A program made the position numbers and the translations under genes. Below the pieces are notes generated by a model. It saw only the letters and a list, made by a program, of their open reading frames with translations, searched no databases and was not told the origin of the DNA. From Octopus bimaculoides (Eukaryota), in the NCBI RefSeq assembly GCF_001194135.2, contig NC_068981.1, forward strand, positions 156,714,406 to 156,772,578: a stretch of 58,173 nt of DNA. The letters are read 5' to 3'. Every line of letters begins with the position of its first letter. Within the stretch, counting starts at the first letter, position 1. Positions 10,737-23,500 of the stretch are shown piece by piece.

Positions 10737-12406
10737 GTACGTGTTTAACTTATTTCCATTAATATATTCAATATAATATGACATTTCATTTTTAATCTTT
10801 CTAAATTCTTCGAAATGTCTTTCCAAATAGATTTTTTATATGTATACGGGAAATAAAAAATTCAGGTTGTTCTTGTCAAGGATAATGCTTTTGACACTGA
10901 TGAAGCAAAGTTAAGACCAAAGGCATTCAATTCATAATCATCCTCTTATTTATGCGCAACAGGAATTAATTCACTCAAAGTATCATTTCCCTTTTAAAGA
11001 CGATAAATTGCAACATGAGACACCTTCATTATCTCATTAACAAATATTTTCAAATAAAAAATAAATCGGCACAATCTGCAAAAAAAAAAAAAATCAATAG
11101 TTAAGTTAATTTTAACATACTTAATGTAGTGAGCATTAAAAGTAGTGATACTTATGCATTGAAGAAAAGACAGCATTAATTTGATTACTAATATTGTCAT
11201 ATTTTGACAAGTACGGGAGGCAACTCTTGACATGTTTGGATCTTAGAATAACTTCAGTGATATATTACTTTAAATATATTAATCTTTTACATCTACCCGC
11301 TTACAATATTGTATATTTACTTAGTAATTCTTATATCAGTACCTTGGTACTACAGCAAAATTTATGCTTCGATGAGGAGGTCTGATAACATTGCAATATG
11401 TCCGAATTGACTTACATGCTCGTTAAAATTATCAAAATAATATTGATCATTATGTTAACGTAATTTAGCATGTAATTTACCATGTAATTATTCCTCATTA
11501 GCATTAAATACATTAACACTAACTTAGATATTTTCAGATATTGTTATATATTATATGCAAAATTATAATGATTATTTCTTGAATCTTACTTTGAAATTGA
11601 GGTTTTGCAATGGTATTCTGTTGATCATTCGATGGAAAATCAGCACTTTTACAAGAATATGTTGTGCCAATAGGTTATACTACTCGGAAATAATTTACTT
11701 ATACTCAGATGATTTTTTATCAGCTTATTTCATCGAATGAAAAAGATATTGTTCGGTGTTCGAAACCTGAGAATACAAATACAAATGGCAAGAATATTCG
11801 AAGTATATTCGAAACAAAAGGATTCGAAGAAAAAGGAAATAATATACTGGGTTTTGATTTTTTTTCAATTGCTTGATTTTTGTGACTTAAATATTGCTCT
11901 GCGGTCATATTGATTGAATATAGGTCATGTGAGTGATACAATTTAACATTTAAGCAAACGACTAGGGGTGGTCAAAAATTATCCGCTCTTACGTTAAAAC
12001 ATTCTTTAGGTTGGCTACACTGCCCTCAGCGCTCACCTGTTAATTGATGGTACTCTTGTGGTTACTTACCAGAAGTTTGATCTTGACCAGCCCAGTCAAA
12101 TAACAGACACAAAAGTGCTTATAATTTTTGAATTCTCTCGTAATTTTCTTCTGGAATCTTTAGTATTTGGTTGTTATTGTTACAGAGAGAGGGAGAGAGG
12201 GGCTGATGGAGGAAGGGACAAAGAAAGAGAGACTGGATAAGAGAGAGAGAAGGAGAGGGAACTTAAGAAGTATGGAAAAAGAGGATAAGGATAAAAAGGA
12301 GAGACAAATACGTAAATTCAGTGAAATGAGAGAGTGGTGATAGTGGTTTCTTTGCATATCAACGCACAAAATTTTTTTAACAAGAGAAATTAATTTTAAT
12401 TTACAG

Positions 12407-12598
12407 ATTATGAAAGACCGTAAAACGCTTATGAATAGATTTGTCGATGTTAATGATGAAACGCATTTTACCATCAACTTCATGGCAACCGAAGACATGA
12501 TTCCGAATATTGATTTTTTGATTACTGCTGTATCAACTGAGGGTTCATTTGCTGCCGATGGTGGAAAGATTCCAGTAACGGTTACATTGGAAAATAAG
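12407..12598 (+). CDS. TEP: TEP exon 8 (IMKDRKTL...TEDMIPN...ADG...LENK)
   Basis: ttacag/gtaagt boundaries; 64 codons; T.DM.P, AD and L.N motifs of MG5. Confidence 0.92.
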
Positions 12599-12654
12599 GT
12601 AAGTGTCCTGCAACACTTGGTAAACACTGTCTATTGTAAACATCACTGCTTATC

Positions 12655-12845
12655 TTAAGGCAGAGAGCGAGCAGAATCGTTAGCACGCCGGGCCAAATGC
12701 TTAGCGACATTTCGTCCGTTCTTACGTTCTAAGTTCAAATGCCGCTGGAGGCTGACTTTGTCTTTCATCCTTTTGAGGTCGGTAAAATAAATACAGTTGA
12801 GCACTGAGATCGATGTAATCGAATTATCTCCTTCCTAAAACTGAC
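12655..12845 (+). mobile_element. SINE family A
   Basis: GCAGAATCGTTAGCACGCCGGGCCAAATGCTTAGC...TTCAAAT...TCGATGTAATCGA. Confidence 0.8.
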
Positions 12846-13891
12846 TATTATAGCTTATTTAATATTGGGTTGTAGCTAAAACACTTTTGTTCAAGTGTAT
12901 ATTTCCTATACATATTATTCATATTTGATAACAAACTTAGATCCTTTGGCTGGTGTTTTTGTTGTTTCATTCAAGTTAGCCTTGATCAAAGGTACACAAT
13001 CAATGACCATCTCAAGGTGCATGCCAGATTGCATTATCTAAATATGTCTTTGTTTAAAACTATTGGCTTGAATTAAGAGAGATTTAGCTCATATTTCCTG
13101 TAGGTCGGACCACACTCTTTCATTAGCTTTAGGTATCGATGTTACTGTAATTCCTAGGAGTTAGGCAAGATATTCAATGCTGATGGCTTCTTGTTTTTTT
13201 ACTATTTCAATGTCAAACAGTTGAGTAAACATTCAAAGTCAATAGGCATGAAAGAATTAAATATTATATAGACCTATGTGACTGAAGATTTCGACCTGGA
13301 GTACTAACGGGATACCCATCATTTTCTATAGGGTCCGTCCGTGGAAAATCATTGCTTTTTGTATCTGCTATTTACATCAGTATGTCGTATCCACTCAAAC
13401 TACTTCTAACAAGGTGTATGTATTTCAACCGAGGAAATTAAGTTGATGTCGCACAATACTAGACACCGAATATGGATCCACGACTCTGGAAGTTCAATTC
13501 GATCAGCAACAGCAATATACATCTATATATATATTGAAGTGAATCCCAATTTAACTTCAACGTACATCTGTATAGCAACTGCTAGCAGTTACTTTAAAGG
13601 ACCAATTAGGGCTTAACATTTTTAGAGCCATATCTGATCGTGCTAGAGATAAGCTTACAAACTTTCCTAGCTTTCGAATACTAGGCTAATATCGTGGTCA
13701 GGTGGCCAGTCAGTAATATTAATTTTGGAGGCTTTCAAGGGAATAAGATTAGATAAATTAAAATGTTTCTCAATTTGTAGTTAGCTACCGAATATGATAA
13801 AAATATTGAAGGTTAAAAAATCTTTATAACTTAGCGAAAATTTAAATTACTTGTATTCTCATATTTATCAAATGTGTTTATGTATGTTCAG

Positions 13892-14041
13892 ATTACAGCT
13901 AATTTCTCAGCACCAGAAGGGCGTGCAGGTGATGATGTAACACTTAACGTCCATACATCCCCTCATTCTACAGTGTTTATGATGGCAATCGACAGAAGTA
14001 TTGAACTAGTTGAGAAACCTGATTACATTACAGAGGAGGAC
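13892..14041 (+). CDS. TEP: TEP exon 9 (ITANFS...MMAIDRSIELV...ITEED)
   Basis: ttcag/gtgagt boundaries; 50 codons; A(V/I)D.S motif of MG6. Confidence 0.93.
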
Positions 14042-14479
14042 GTGAGTCTGATTTTATTTTGTATCGAAAATTTTTTTACTTCATGCATCATTTATATTTT
14101 TATATATAAAATATTTTGATATGGCTTAGTCGCAAGAGAAAGCAGTTCCCATGATCTTTATCAGGGTCTCTGAGATTGGTTGAGTAAAGAGAAGGAGAAA
14201 CCATGTTTCATTAGGTATCTCCAGATAAGATAACTTGTCCTTAGCTATCGAATTCGCATTTGATTATATTCTTTTTTGTTTTTGTAGAATAAATATTTTA
14301 AATTCAGAAGGTTAGGTTGTTCACTTTAGAGTGTCTTTATTATTGTTACTGTCGTTATATTGAACCGTTTTTAGAATGTCTTGAAATGAATTTTCAAAAG
14401 TAGCTTTCCGTTGTTTACACTAGACTTTTAGGAAAAATTTAATACAATGCTACAGGTTTTAGAAGCACACATACATATC

Positions 14480-14845
14480 ATGGCACTCCGTCGGATACGA
14501 CGACGAGGGTCCCAGTTGATCCGATCAACGGAACAGCCTGCTCGTGAAATTAACGTGCAAGTGGCTGAGCACTCCACAGACACGTGTACCCTTAATGTAG
14601 TTCTCGGGGAGATTCAGCGTGACACAGAGTGTGACAAGGCTAGCCCTTTGAAATACAGGTACAACAGAAACAGGAAGAAAGAGTAAGAGAAAGTTGTGGT
14701 GAAAGAGTACAATAAGGTTCACCACCACCACTTACCGGAGTCTCGTGGAGATTTAGGTGTTTTCGTTCAATAAACACTCACAACGCCCGGTCTGGGAATC
14801 GAAACCGCGAGCCCGCTGCCTAACCACTGGGTCATTGCGCCTCCA
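14480..14845 (-). mobile_element. tRNA-derived SINE, family D (partial copy also at about 32110-32260)
   Basis: Minus-strand head TGGAGGCGCAATGACCCAGTGGTTAGG (box A) and GGTTTCGATTCCC (box B); body shared with the 32110-32260 copy. Confidence 0.8.
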
Positions 14846-15340
14846 TACACATTACATATACACTGCTGTCGTCGTACGGATATGTATGCATGATTAGGTT
14901 ACCTGAGCCAGGTTATGGATATAACAGTGATAGGACACAAATAATTGGAAAACGATAATCCTATACTCTGTTGGTTAAACCAGTAATAGCTCCACTATTA
15001 AATTTGTTAAGGAATGAAAGGAAAACCATTTTGATTGCTTTTGACTAAATTCAAGGCACTTCTCAGAAAATATGGAAGTCTTTAAGAATATGTGTAGAGA
15101 ATACGTCAAAGCATAAAATAATAGAAAAAATAGATGTCTCACGTGATAAATATCTTCAGTTTATTCCAGCGTAAAGACTAAAATAAATTTAAGTGGAAAA
15201 GGTTTTCTTTTGTTAATACTTATCCAATAATGATTTTTAAACAGCAATAATAATAATAAATAAAAAAAATTCTATATATTCTTCATAATGCTAAATAGTA
15301 AATAGTTTATCTTATATAATTCTATGTTTTTATCTTTCAG

Positions 15341-15415
15341 ATATTGTCAGTCATTGGTGGGATGCCGGGATCTGTAACAAAAGTAAATGCTTATAATCCA
15401 AAAGAAATCATTCGC
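15341..15415 (+). CDS. TEP: TEP exon 10 (ILSVIGGMPG...KEIIR; linker region)
   Basis: tttcag/gtaagt boundaries; 25 codons, phase 0-0. Confidence 0.8.
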
Positions 15416-16439
15416 GTAAGTAATATATGCCAACCGAATGGCAAAGTACTTATTTTCTTTAATCTGTTTGTTTTTAGGTTAATTTATTTGAGTATTCTAA
15501 TATTTTTTCACTACAGAATGAATATACAGGTTGGACAAAAAGTATTTTGCCAATGAGAATTTTCATAAAACAAATGTTCCGATATTTATAGTTCTGACAT
15601 TGTAAGACAGCCTGGTCCCTTTCAAATTTCGATTTCGAGATGTTCTTCTACTATCATTGGTATTTTGAGGTGGGTCTCGCTACATACTAATGCAAAGCTT
15701 TTGTGGGTGTCATTAAATAAATACGCATCTATAATCCATATTTAGTCTATGCATTTACAATGCATATTTAGTTGCCAATTTACAGAAACGGTAGAGCTAC
15801 GATAATCCTACATATTAATTCAAATCCATTTGGATCGATTTAGTGTTCGTCTTTTCTTCTATTAAAAATGATAGTTAGAAGATAATAATTTGCATAGCTC
15901 TCGCTTTCTCTCTCTGGATATGACCGTTAATACAATGGAGATAGCAATCTCCTCACACGCAAAGCGGGATTAGATGATATTTTTTAAAGAGACAAGGCAC
16001 AAATATTATCATTTGAAAGTCTAGAATACAACCGCTTAAATGGAATCTTTTTGATGTTGACTTTATTTCGAACAACTTTTCAACAAAATAGCAAGGATGT
16101 TCTATGAAATACTAAACATAAAACATCGTTGCCAACTTGGCTCATGAGATTTCTCGGAATGATATTAACTGTATCTCACGAACTATCACCTTCATATCGT
16201 CGCCATGTCACCTAATGCAATTACGCGCTGATAATAACAAATTAATCACTGCCAATAAACTACTCGTATCTCTTTGAAAACTTAAACTATATGAAAAGCA
16301 ATAATGTTTTATTTGGCTAATAATCTATTGCATCCAGAATAATATTCGCTTAGTTAAAATATCTTTAAATCCCTGAAGATCTCTAAATGTAAAATATCTG
16401 CAAAATTCTTATATTTGTTAAAACTATTTACATTTTTAG

Positions 16440-16506
16440 AATTTTGGCTTAGACATAATGACAAATTTCCCTGGTATTGAATCGCTGACCCGCTATCCTT
16501 TCGAAG
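16440..16506 (+). CDS. TEP: TEP exon 11 (NFGLDIMTNFPGIESLTRYPFE; start of bait-like region)
   Basis: ttttag/gtatgt boundaries; GL.(I/V).TN motif; ends in phase 1. Confidence 0.85.
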
Positions 16507-17454
16507 GTATGTATAAATCAGAACATATAAATAAATTGGAAAAAAAAGGCAGGTTCTTAGTTCAACTGCAGCTAGGACATTGATATAAGGGCTCGTTATA
16601 TTTTGGAATTAATTTGTTATAGATATGATGCCTTAAACCAATGTATGAAATAGTATTCAATTCAAATTTCATATTTGCAAATTATATAATAATATTGGAC
16701 ATTTGTAATTTACATTGCTTGTTAATGTTGTTAATCTGTTTAATGTGAATTGACCTTCGATGATTCACTGTTGTTCTATACAGACAGTGCAATAGTGTCG
16801 ATAGCAAATGATAGTCACTCATTGAATTAAGTAAAACAAGAATTAATATGATATATCCGTACATAGTATTGCCAGACTCTTCGAAAGCTAAGTATTTAAA
16901 TGTATAATTAGTCACCAGAATCTATTGGGTTATAGATCTTGACTGGACAGTAGAAAGGGTAGAATACTTAGACACGACACTGCACTCAATATGATTCACC
17001 ATTGTATGTCAGAATGTGCAGTGTGGTTCTCAACTGTGAACCATGGAAATGATATAACTTGAAAAACGGATCTGTCATAGAATTGTTTGATTATCGTATT
17101 TGTCATCGTATTTGCTCGACACGCTTTGTTTAAATGTAATAGAATTATTCACCATTCAATCTGTTCTCCCAGACATGAAATTTACTAATACTGTCTGAAA
17201 GTTTATTCGGAAAATAAATGTTTCCGTTAGAAAAATGAATGCGGTTTGACTTACATTTTTGAGAATTTCAAATCTACTCAATCTCAATAACATAATCTGA
17301 TGAGCTGCTATCTTATAGCATTGAGTTTCATTCCTCTAGATTTTAAGTTCAAATCCCGCAGAATTGTTTTTATCTTTCATATCCCCAGAATCAATAATAT
17401 AAGTGCCTATCAAGTATTGAGACTCAATAGTTTATATCTTTTTACAAAGCCTTA

Positions 17455-17690
17455 GTAAGTCGGTGAGCTAGCGGAATCGATTGCACACCGGGCGGAAATT
17501 CCTAGCGGCGTTTCGTCCGTCCTTACGTTCTGAGTTCAGATTCCGCCGAGGTCGACTTTGCTTTTCATCCTTTCGAGTCGATGAAATAAGTACCAGTTAC
17601 ACACTGGCATCGATGTAATCGACTAGCCCCATTCCCCAGTGTTTCAGGCCTTGTGCCTATAGTAGAAAGGATTATAATGCCTTCATAAGA
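17455..17690 (+). mobile_element. SINE family A
   Basis: Full head, body and tail ...GGCCTTGTGCCTATAGTAGAAAGGATT. Confidence 0.85.
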
Positions 17691-17769
17691 AATTAATGCT
17701 TTGTTTACTCTATATTTTTGACTTCACTGTATGTAGATATTATAATCCTTAAATCAATTATATACTAAT

Positions 17770-17965
17770 CATTAATCCTTTCTACTATAGGCACAATGCC
17801 TGAAATTTGGGGGAGGGGACTGGTCGATAACATCAACCCCAGTATCGATCCCGAAAAGCAAAGTCGGACCTCAGCGGATTTTGAACTCAGAGCGTAGAGG
17901 AAGACGAAATACTGCTAAGCAATCCTCCCAGCGTGTTAACGATTCCGCCAGCTTGCCGCCTTCTA
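17770..17965 (-). mobile_element. SINE family A, inverted relative to neighbours
   Basis: AATCCTTTTCTACTATAGGCACAA...TTTGAACTCAGA...GATTCCGCCAGCTTGCCGCC. Confidence 0.85.
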
Positions 17966-18059
17966 ACCATTACTTATAATGATGTATTTATTAATGATTT
18001 CAATATTTGTAAAAAAAAAAAAAGTATCAAACACAATTATCAGCAATTATGTGCGACGA

Positions 18060-18270
18060 TAAGATAAAGTCGTTAGCAAAAAGCCGGGCAAAATGCTTAG
18101 CGTCATTTTGCCCATCTTTACTTTCTGAGTTCAAATTCCACCGCGGTCAAATTTGCCTTCCATCCTCCGGAATCGATAAAACAAATACCAGTTGAGCACT
18201 GGGGTCGATGTAAGCAACTTACCCTCACCCCCACCACTGAAATTGCTGCTCTTTTGTCAAAATTTGAAAC
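18060..18270 (+). mobile_element. SINE family A
   Basis: GTCGTTAGCA...CCGGGCAAAATGCTTAGC...GAGTTCAAATTCC...GGGGTCGATGTAA. Confidence 0.8.
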
Positions 18271-19483
18271 CAATATTTATGTGCGACAATGCACATGCAT
18301 TATCTAACCGGCTTGTATTACTTCATAGACAAAACATTTTGGAGAGTCTTGTCGGACAGCAATTAAATTCTTTCACCGACTAAATTTATAATTTTTGATA
18401 TTATTTTTAGCATTTTAAATAATTAATATGACTTTCATTTCAATCATTAAGTAGCAGAAATAATCGTTATTCCCAGCGACAGCTTTAAAATGTTATTGTA
18501 ATACTTGTAACGAAACTCCCTCCCTATATCATGAAAAAGCGGAGTTTCTCAATCATAGTGATGACGATCGAACAAAGCCAAACGTATACGAACAGAGTTG
18601 TACCTTAATCGTTCGAGAGATGTGAGTTTTGCAAGCCATCGCAAAGACATCGCTATCTTGGGTCAGGCACTATTAGTTTATCTTAAGTTTACTGATAGCT
18701 AAACAGTTCCTTCAGCGTCGCGTCATGAAGACAGTCGCTCTTCCAGGCACCTCAATCTATCACTGTTAGATACTCCCTTTGTACCTAAGTAACAGAGACT
18801 AGTTTTGCCTAGCTGCCTTTAACCACCATGGGTTCCCTTGGAAAGTAATCCCTCCTTGTATCACGGAGACGACCTTATTCATAGTAGCTTTAGATTGTCA
18901 CTGTCAGCCCTCTTGGTAGCTGTTTTACACATACTATGGAGAGACTTGGTTTCTTAGTCGTCGTAAAGGCGAGCACTATGAATTTGGACGTTTCAAACAA
19001 ACCTAACTTTATGACAAAAATTTTCTATCCATATCGCACGGATCAGTAGCTCCAAATAAAAAAATATTTATTATAGTGTACACAGAGTTCTTTAGTCTCG
19101 ACAAAATATCTCTCTAGTGCTTATGGCAATGAAAAGGTATCTAGTTTATTCTGTAAAGTGATTGTGATAGAAAGGATATTCAGCCGTAAAACAAGCAAAA
19201 AAAAAAAAATGCCAACAGTATTAACTTATACAACGACAAAAGTTTGGCGGTTGAGTCAGTTGCTGTGTGTATCAAGTGACGAATAATTGTCATAAGTAGT
19301 GAAACTTTGAGCTGGAATAGATTTGTTCAATTATTAGAAAATCAAACAATATGTATGATGAATACTATTGTATTATAGGGAATGCTATAAAACAGAATGA
19401 AATAAACATATAAATCAAAACGACTTCTGTAAAATATTTAATTTGTTTTTTATAAGTTTATAATTCTTTTATTTCCATGGAAG

Positions 19484-19619
19484 AGAGGAGGGTGTTCCAT
19501 GAACCTGTTATGGGCTCTATGTATCTAAAAGATGATAGACCTAGTATGAGCTCGGAAAATAAGAAGAAAATCAGGTCATTCTTCCCTCAAACCTGGATGT
19601 GGACCGAAGGTGACGCAGA
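19484..19619 (+). CDS. TEP: TEP exon 12 (bait-like region plus RSFFPQTWMW); 5' end either 19484 or 19457
   Basis: R.xFP(E/Q)TWxW motif; gtgagt donor; two in-frame AAG acceptors are possible. Confidence 0.88.
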
Positions 19620-20494
19620 GTGAGTAAACTAATGAAATTATGAATACATAATCAAAAATATTATCATAGAAGACAGATCTTTAAGTTTGAGGGACACCAT
19701 TATTTGATATTAAATTTACATTAGAGCTGAAAATGTTACAAAGAGCTTTATATACAATAAGGTTTTTGAAAGATATGGTATATCTAAATTTATGGATATT
19801 ACAGTGATAGAAGAAATTATGATTGGTTGAGAGTTTTCCAATTTAACAATGCACAAATATGAAACTTGAAATGGAAGTTCATTTTGCTTTGATAAATCCC
19901 TCCACATCAACAATTTTCTATATAAATACAATATGATCTATTTGGAATGTTCTTTTACACAGACTGAATTTCTCGGCCAATGTTTAATGATTAGCAGGGA
20001 TGGCATGGTAACTTTATATTATTAAGGAAGTAGAATAAAACATTAATAAAAACATGAAAAGAATATTAAATAAAATAAAGAAATATTTCTGAGCTAGATT
20101 TTTTAAAGGATTTCAGAACATTTATCAATTTCTAGGATACCCGGTGCACAATCAGATTTCACTGTTTGGTTGTTGTACTACTTTCTCACCAATTGAGGTC
20201 GATATGGGTTATCACTCATACTCTCAACATGTAAGGTTAAATCACACCACTTAATAGCGTCAGTTATTAAGTAGCATGTCAGAAATAAAACTATATAAGT
20301 TTTCGTATTAGACTCCAGAGGACACAGTATTGATCTTCGATTTCAAAAAAAAAAGAAGCAACACAATATATGCTTACAAATACATGTCCATAACAGAATT
20401 ATTGTGAGATGTTGAACTGATTTTTACACCTTCAAACGATCAGATGTAAAGAACATATTGACTGTAGAAAATAACACGAAATATATTAAACATA

Positions 20495-21335
20495 CAGAGT
20501 GGGTGAAAAGTATGTAGGTATCGAAATTGGTAATAAAATTCATATTCCTTTTACAAATTTATTGAAACAAATGGTAATGCTTTTTATTACATGGGAGCAT
20601 GAAACTAAATCTTCATATTTCAACGTAAGCAACCAGTTTCCTCAAACGGCCAGGGATGGAGTGAAAAACCTTCTGCAGGACGTTGTCTGGGATATCATTG
20701 AAAACCTCCTGAATCCGTGTCTCCAAGTCCTCCTGTGTGCGAGGTTTTTCTTGTACACCTCTTTTGTGTAACCCCACAGGTAAAAATCACATGGAGTGAG
20801 ATCTGGACTTCTTGGAGGCCATTCATGAGGTTCGTGTCGTCCCGCCAGGTTAGCTCCTGCACGTAATGGGGTTTCCACGGATGAAAATTCAATTCTTTAT
20901 GCAACACCGTACGCATTGTGTGCCTTGTTAGTTCACTTTCACGAGCTGCTTCACGTGTTGATTTTTGTGGGCTGCGATTAAACATTTCCTGCACTGTTGC
21001 CACGTTCTCTGCTGATCGGGATGTGGTTGGACGGCCACTTCTTCTTGCAGAGCCCGTGGTCATCAGTTTTGCCTAAAAATGTTATTGTCATGCTTACTTT
21101 TCCATGAACGCCATTTCTGAACCAAAACAATGGAATTCCACACTTCATAGCGTGCTGTTATCTTAGCTCGCTCCTGAACAGTCAAGTGACCGGCCATCTG
21201 GAAAATAAATAAGAAATAAGACAATAGGAAATTCCCATTAGTGTTGTCTGTTTAAAAATGCTTTTGTCATGACTTCAGTGATACTAAAAATTCTATAAGT
21301 AATTTCTAATGCCTAGTTACTTTCCACCAACCCTG
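20495..21335 (-). mobile_element. Internally deleted Tc1/mariner element (maT-like), 841 bp
   Basis: Imperfect TIRs CAGAGTGGGTGAAAAGTATGTAGG and CCTAGTTACTTTCCACCAACCCTG; TA on both flanks; transposase fragments RRSGRP...SPQKSTR and WPPRSPDLTPCDFYLWGY. Confidence 0.88.
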
Positions 21336-21864
21336 TAGATGAATAAATGGCTAGAGACAATTTGCTTTAAAATACACCGAATATAAAATATGACTTCTAG
21401 TAAGGTGTTTATACATGATTATTGTCTCGAGTAGCACGTTGTCAAACAGCAGGGTAACGGACTAAATACGTCAAAGCACTTAGTTTTGTTTCAGTTCTCA
21501 ATTCGTTAACTTTCCGAGGGTCAACTTTATCTTATATTTTTCAGGGTCTACATCATAGATATATAATATTAGCTAAAGATACTTTCCTCAAGTTTCATTA
21601 TCTCGATAAAAATAATCAATAGTGTTTATATTGAAGCACCATTATAAGCATTGTAATCTTAAGGAATTGGTAGTCTCTGCTCTGGAATGGTCAATAAGTT
21701 TAATTAAAAAAAGGAAAAGATTTAACAATATACGAAATGATTTTCTCAATCATGCTAATAAGATGCTAATGATTGATGGCATTAATAAAGTAAAATAAAA
21801 CATTTTCATTTTCTTTATTGCTGTGAAATGTATAAATAAATTCATTAATATTTATTCCAGCTAT

Positions 21865-22085
21865 AGGGCAGTTAGCTGTCAGAATCGTTAGCACGCCGGG
21901 CGAAATGTTTGGCGGTGTTTTGTCTGCCGTTACGTTCTGACTTCAAACTCCGCCGAGGTCGACTTTGCCTTTCATCCTTTCGGGGTCGATTAAATAAGTA
22001 CCAGTTACGCACTGGAGTCGGTATAATCGACTTAAACCCTTTGTTTGTCCTCTCTATGTTTAGCCCCCTGTGGGCAATAAATAAA
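21865..22085 (+). mobile_element. SINE family A (well preserved)
   Basis: CAGAATCGTTAGCACGCCGGGCGAAATG...TCATCCTTTCGGGGTCGATTAAATAAGTACC..., ending in an A-rich tail. Confidence 0.88.
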
Positions 22086-22389
22086 TATCTATTCTAGTTA
22101 TATGATTGACTAATTTTGAAGATGATACCGCCAAAACTATTAGAATGACACAACGTCGGTCTTTTTCTTTCTACAATTAAGTATTGTGTGTTTAAAAATC
22201 GATTTTACTTATTAACTTTCTTAGCTTGGGTAACACTCAGTTGACGTTAAAAATATTTTTACTGAATTTTTTTTCTATATAATTCCTTGTTTTTTTTTTG
22301 TTTTATTTATTTACTTTTCTGCATATCAAACAATGTCCTTCATAAATTCATGATTAATTGTGAAAAATTTAACATATTTTCTTCAATAG

Positions 22390-22504
22390 TGAAAACGGTC
22401 TCGTTCCTATTACTGCGAAAGTTCCAGACACTATCACAAGATGGGTTGTAAATGGTTTTTCTGTCGGGCCTAATGGTGTTGCTCCAATGAAAAAGCCGAC
22501 TGAA
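22390..22504 (+). CDS. TEP: TEP exon 13 (ENGLVPITAKVPDTITRW...PTE)
   Basis: aatag/gtaagt boundaries; PDTIT.W motif. Confidence 0.94.
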
Positions 22505-22639
22505 GTAAGTTTATATTTGGAAAATTACTAATGTTCGTTTTTATTTCACTTGTTCAAATTATGTTATCCATAACTTTATACGCAACACAATAAAATCCGA
22601 CCTAATAATTCTATCACAATTACACACACTTATATGTGT

Positions 22640-22840
22640 CTGTGTCTGTGTTTGTCCCCCCACCATCGCTTGACAACCGGTGTTAGTGTGTTTAGATCCC
22701 CGTAACTTAGTGGTTCGGCAAAAGAGACCGATAGAATAAGTACTAGGCTTCCAAAGAATAAGTCCTGGGGTCGATTTGCTTGACTAAAGGCGGTGCTCCA
22801 GCATGGCCACAGTCAAATGACTGAAACAAGTAAAAGAGAG
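22640..22840 (+). mobile_element. SINE family B, 3' part
   Basis: CGCTTGACAACCG...GGTTCGGCAAAAGAGACCGATAGAATAAGTACTAGG...CAGCATGGCCACAGTC. Confidence 0.85.
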
Positions 22841-22925
22841 TATATATATATTTGTGTGTGTGTGTGTATGTTTATGTATACACACACACATCCATCCATC
22901 CATATATACATACATACATATATAT

Positions 22926-23001
<76 letters not shown>

Positions 23002-23084
23002 GTCGTTTGTAGAAATACATAAATCCAGAGGAGAATTACACTCTGAGATGTGGAGCAGTTAATATTATAATGAGGGAGGCCGGT

Positions 23085-23500
23085 TTATGAGGATACCCTG
23101 GGTTTCTCGTTCATAAGGAGTTTAGCCTTACGGCATATCTTCAGACTCCAAACACTGCAGGCCTAAGATCTCTTCAAAATATGGAGGAGGAAATGCCTCG
23201 CTATAAAGGTAAACACGAAGGTAAACGATTGTCTTGGCTATCGGCTTCCGGCTGTTGCGTCGCCTTGCGCATTCCAAAAGGCCAGCAGGAATCTTCTAAA
23301 ATTGCAAGCATGGCCCGAAAATCTCCATCCTAGAGTTAAGGATGCTCCTTGGCACGAGCGAATCTTTTAGGATTCACGTGTGTTCGGTAATGCATAACTT
23401 GCAACGTTTCGTCCCGTTGATGTAGGGGCCTGGGTACTCAAGTATTTTCCATGCGATCGAGTATGGTATCCCTTCGTCTTATGGGATCTTTTCTGTTGCT
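23085..23500 (-). mobile_element. Penelope-like element 3' fragment (GIY-YIG C-terminus plus terminal region)
   Basis: Minus-strand translation GIPYSIAWKILEYPGPYINGTKRCKLCITEH..IL...SILNSRMEIFGPC matches the PLE W.I....PY....RC.LC..E...LN.R.E..C tail. Confidence 0.7.

Noticed and set aside
11734-11880. Open frame after TTATCAG (LISSNEKDIVRC...)
   Set aside because: No good donor and no TEP motif; exons 7 and 8 already join in frame.
12160-12627. 155-aa minus-strand ORF
   Set aside because: Antisense shadow of TEP exon 8 plus a GA-rich low-complexity tract.
14780-14845. tRNA-like box A/B sequences
   Set aside because: These are SINE heads continuing into repeat bodies, not tRNA genes.
18506-19082. 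TGT...ACA-bounded block resembling a solo LTR
   Set aside because: No matching target-site duplication and no second copy.
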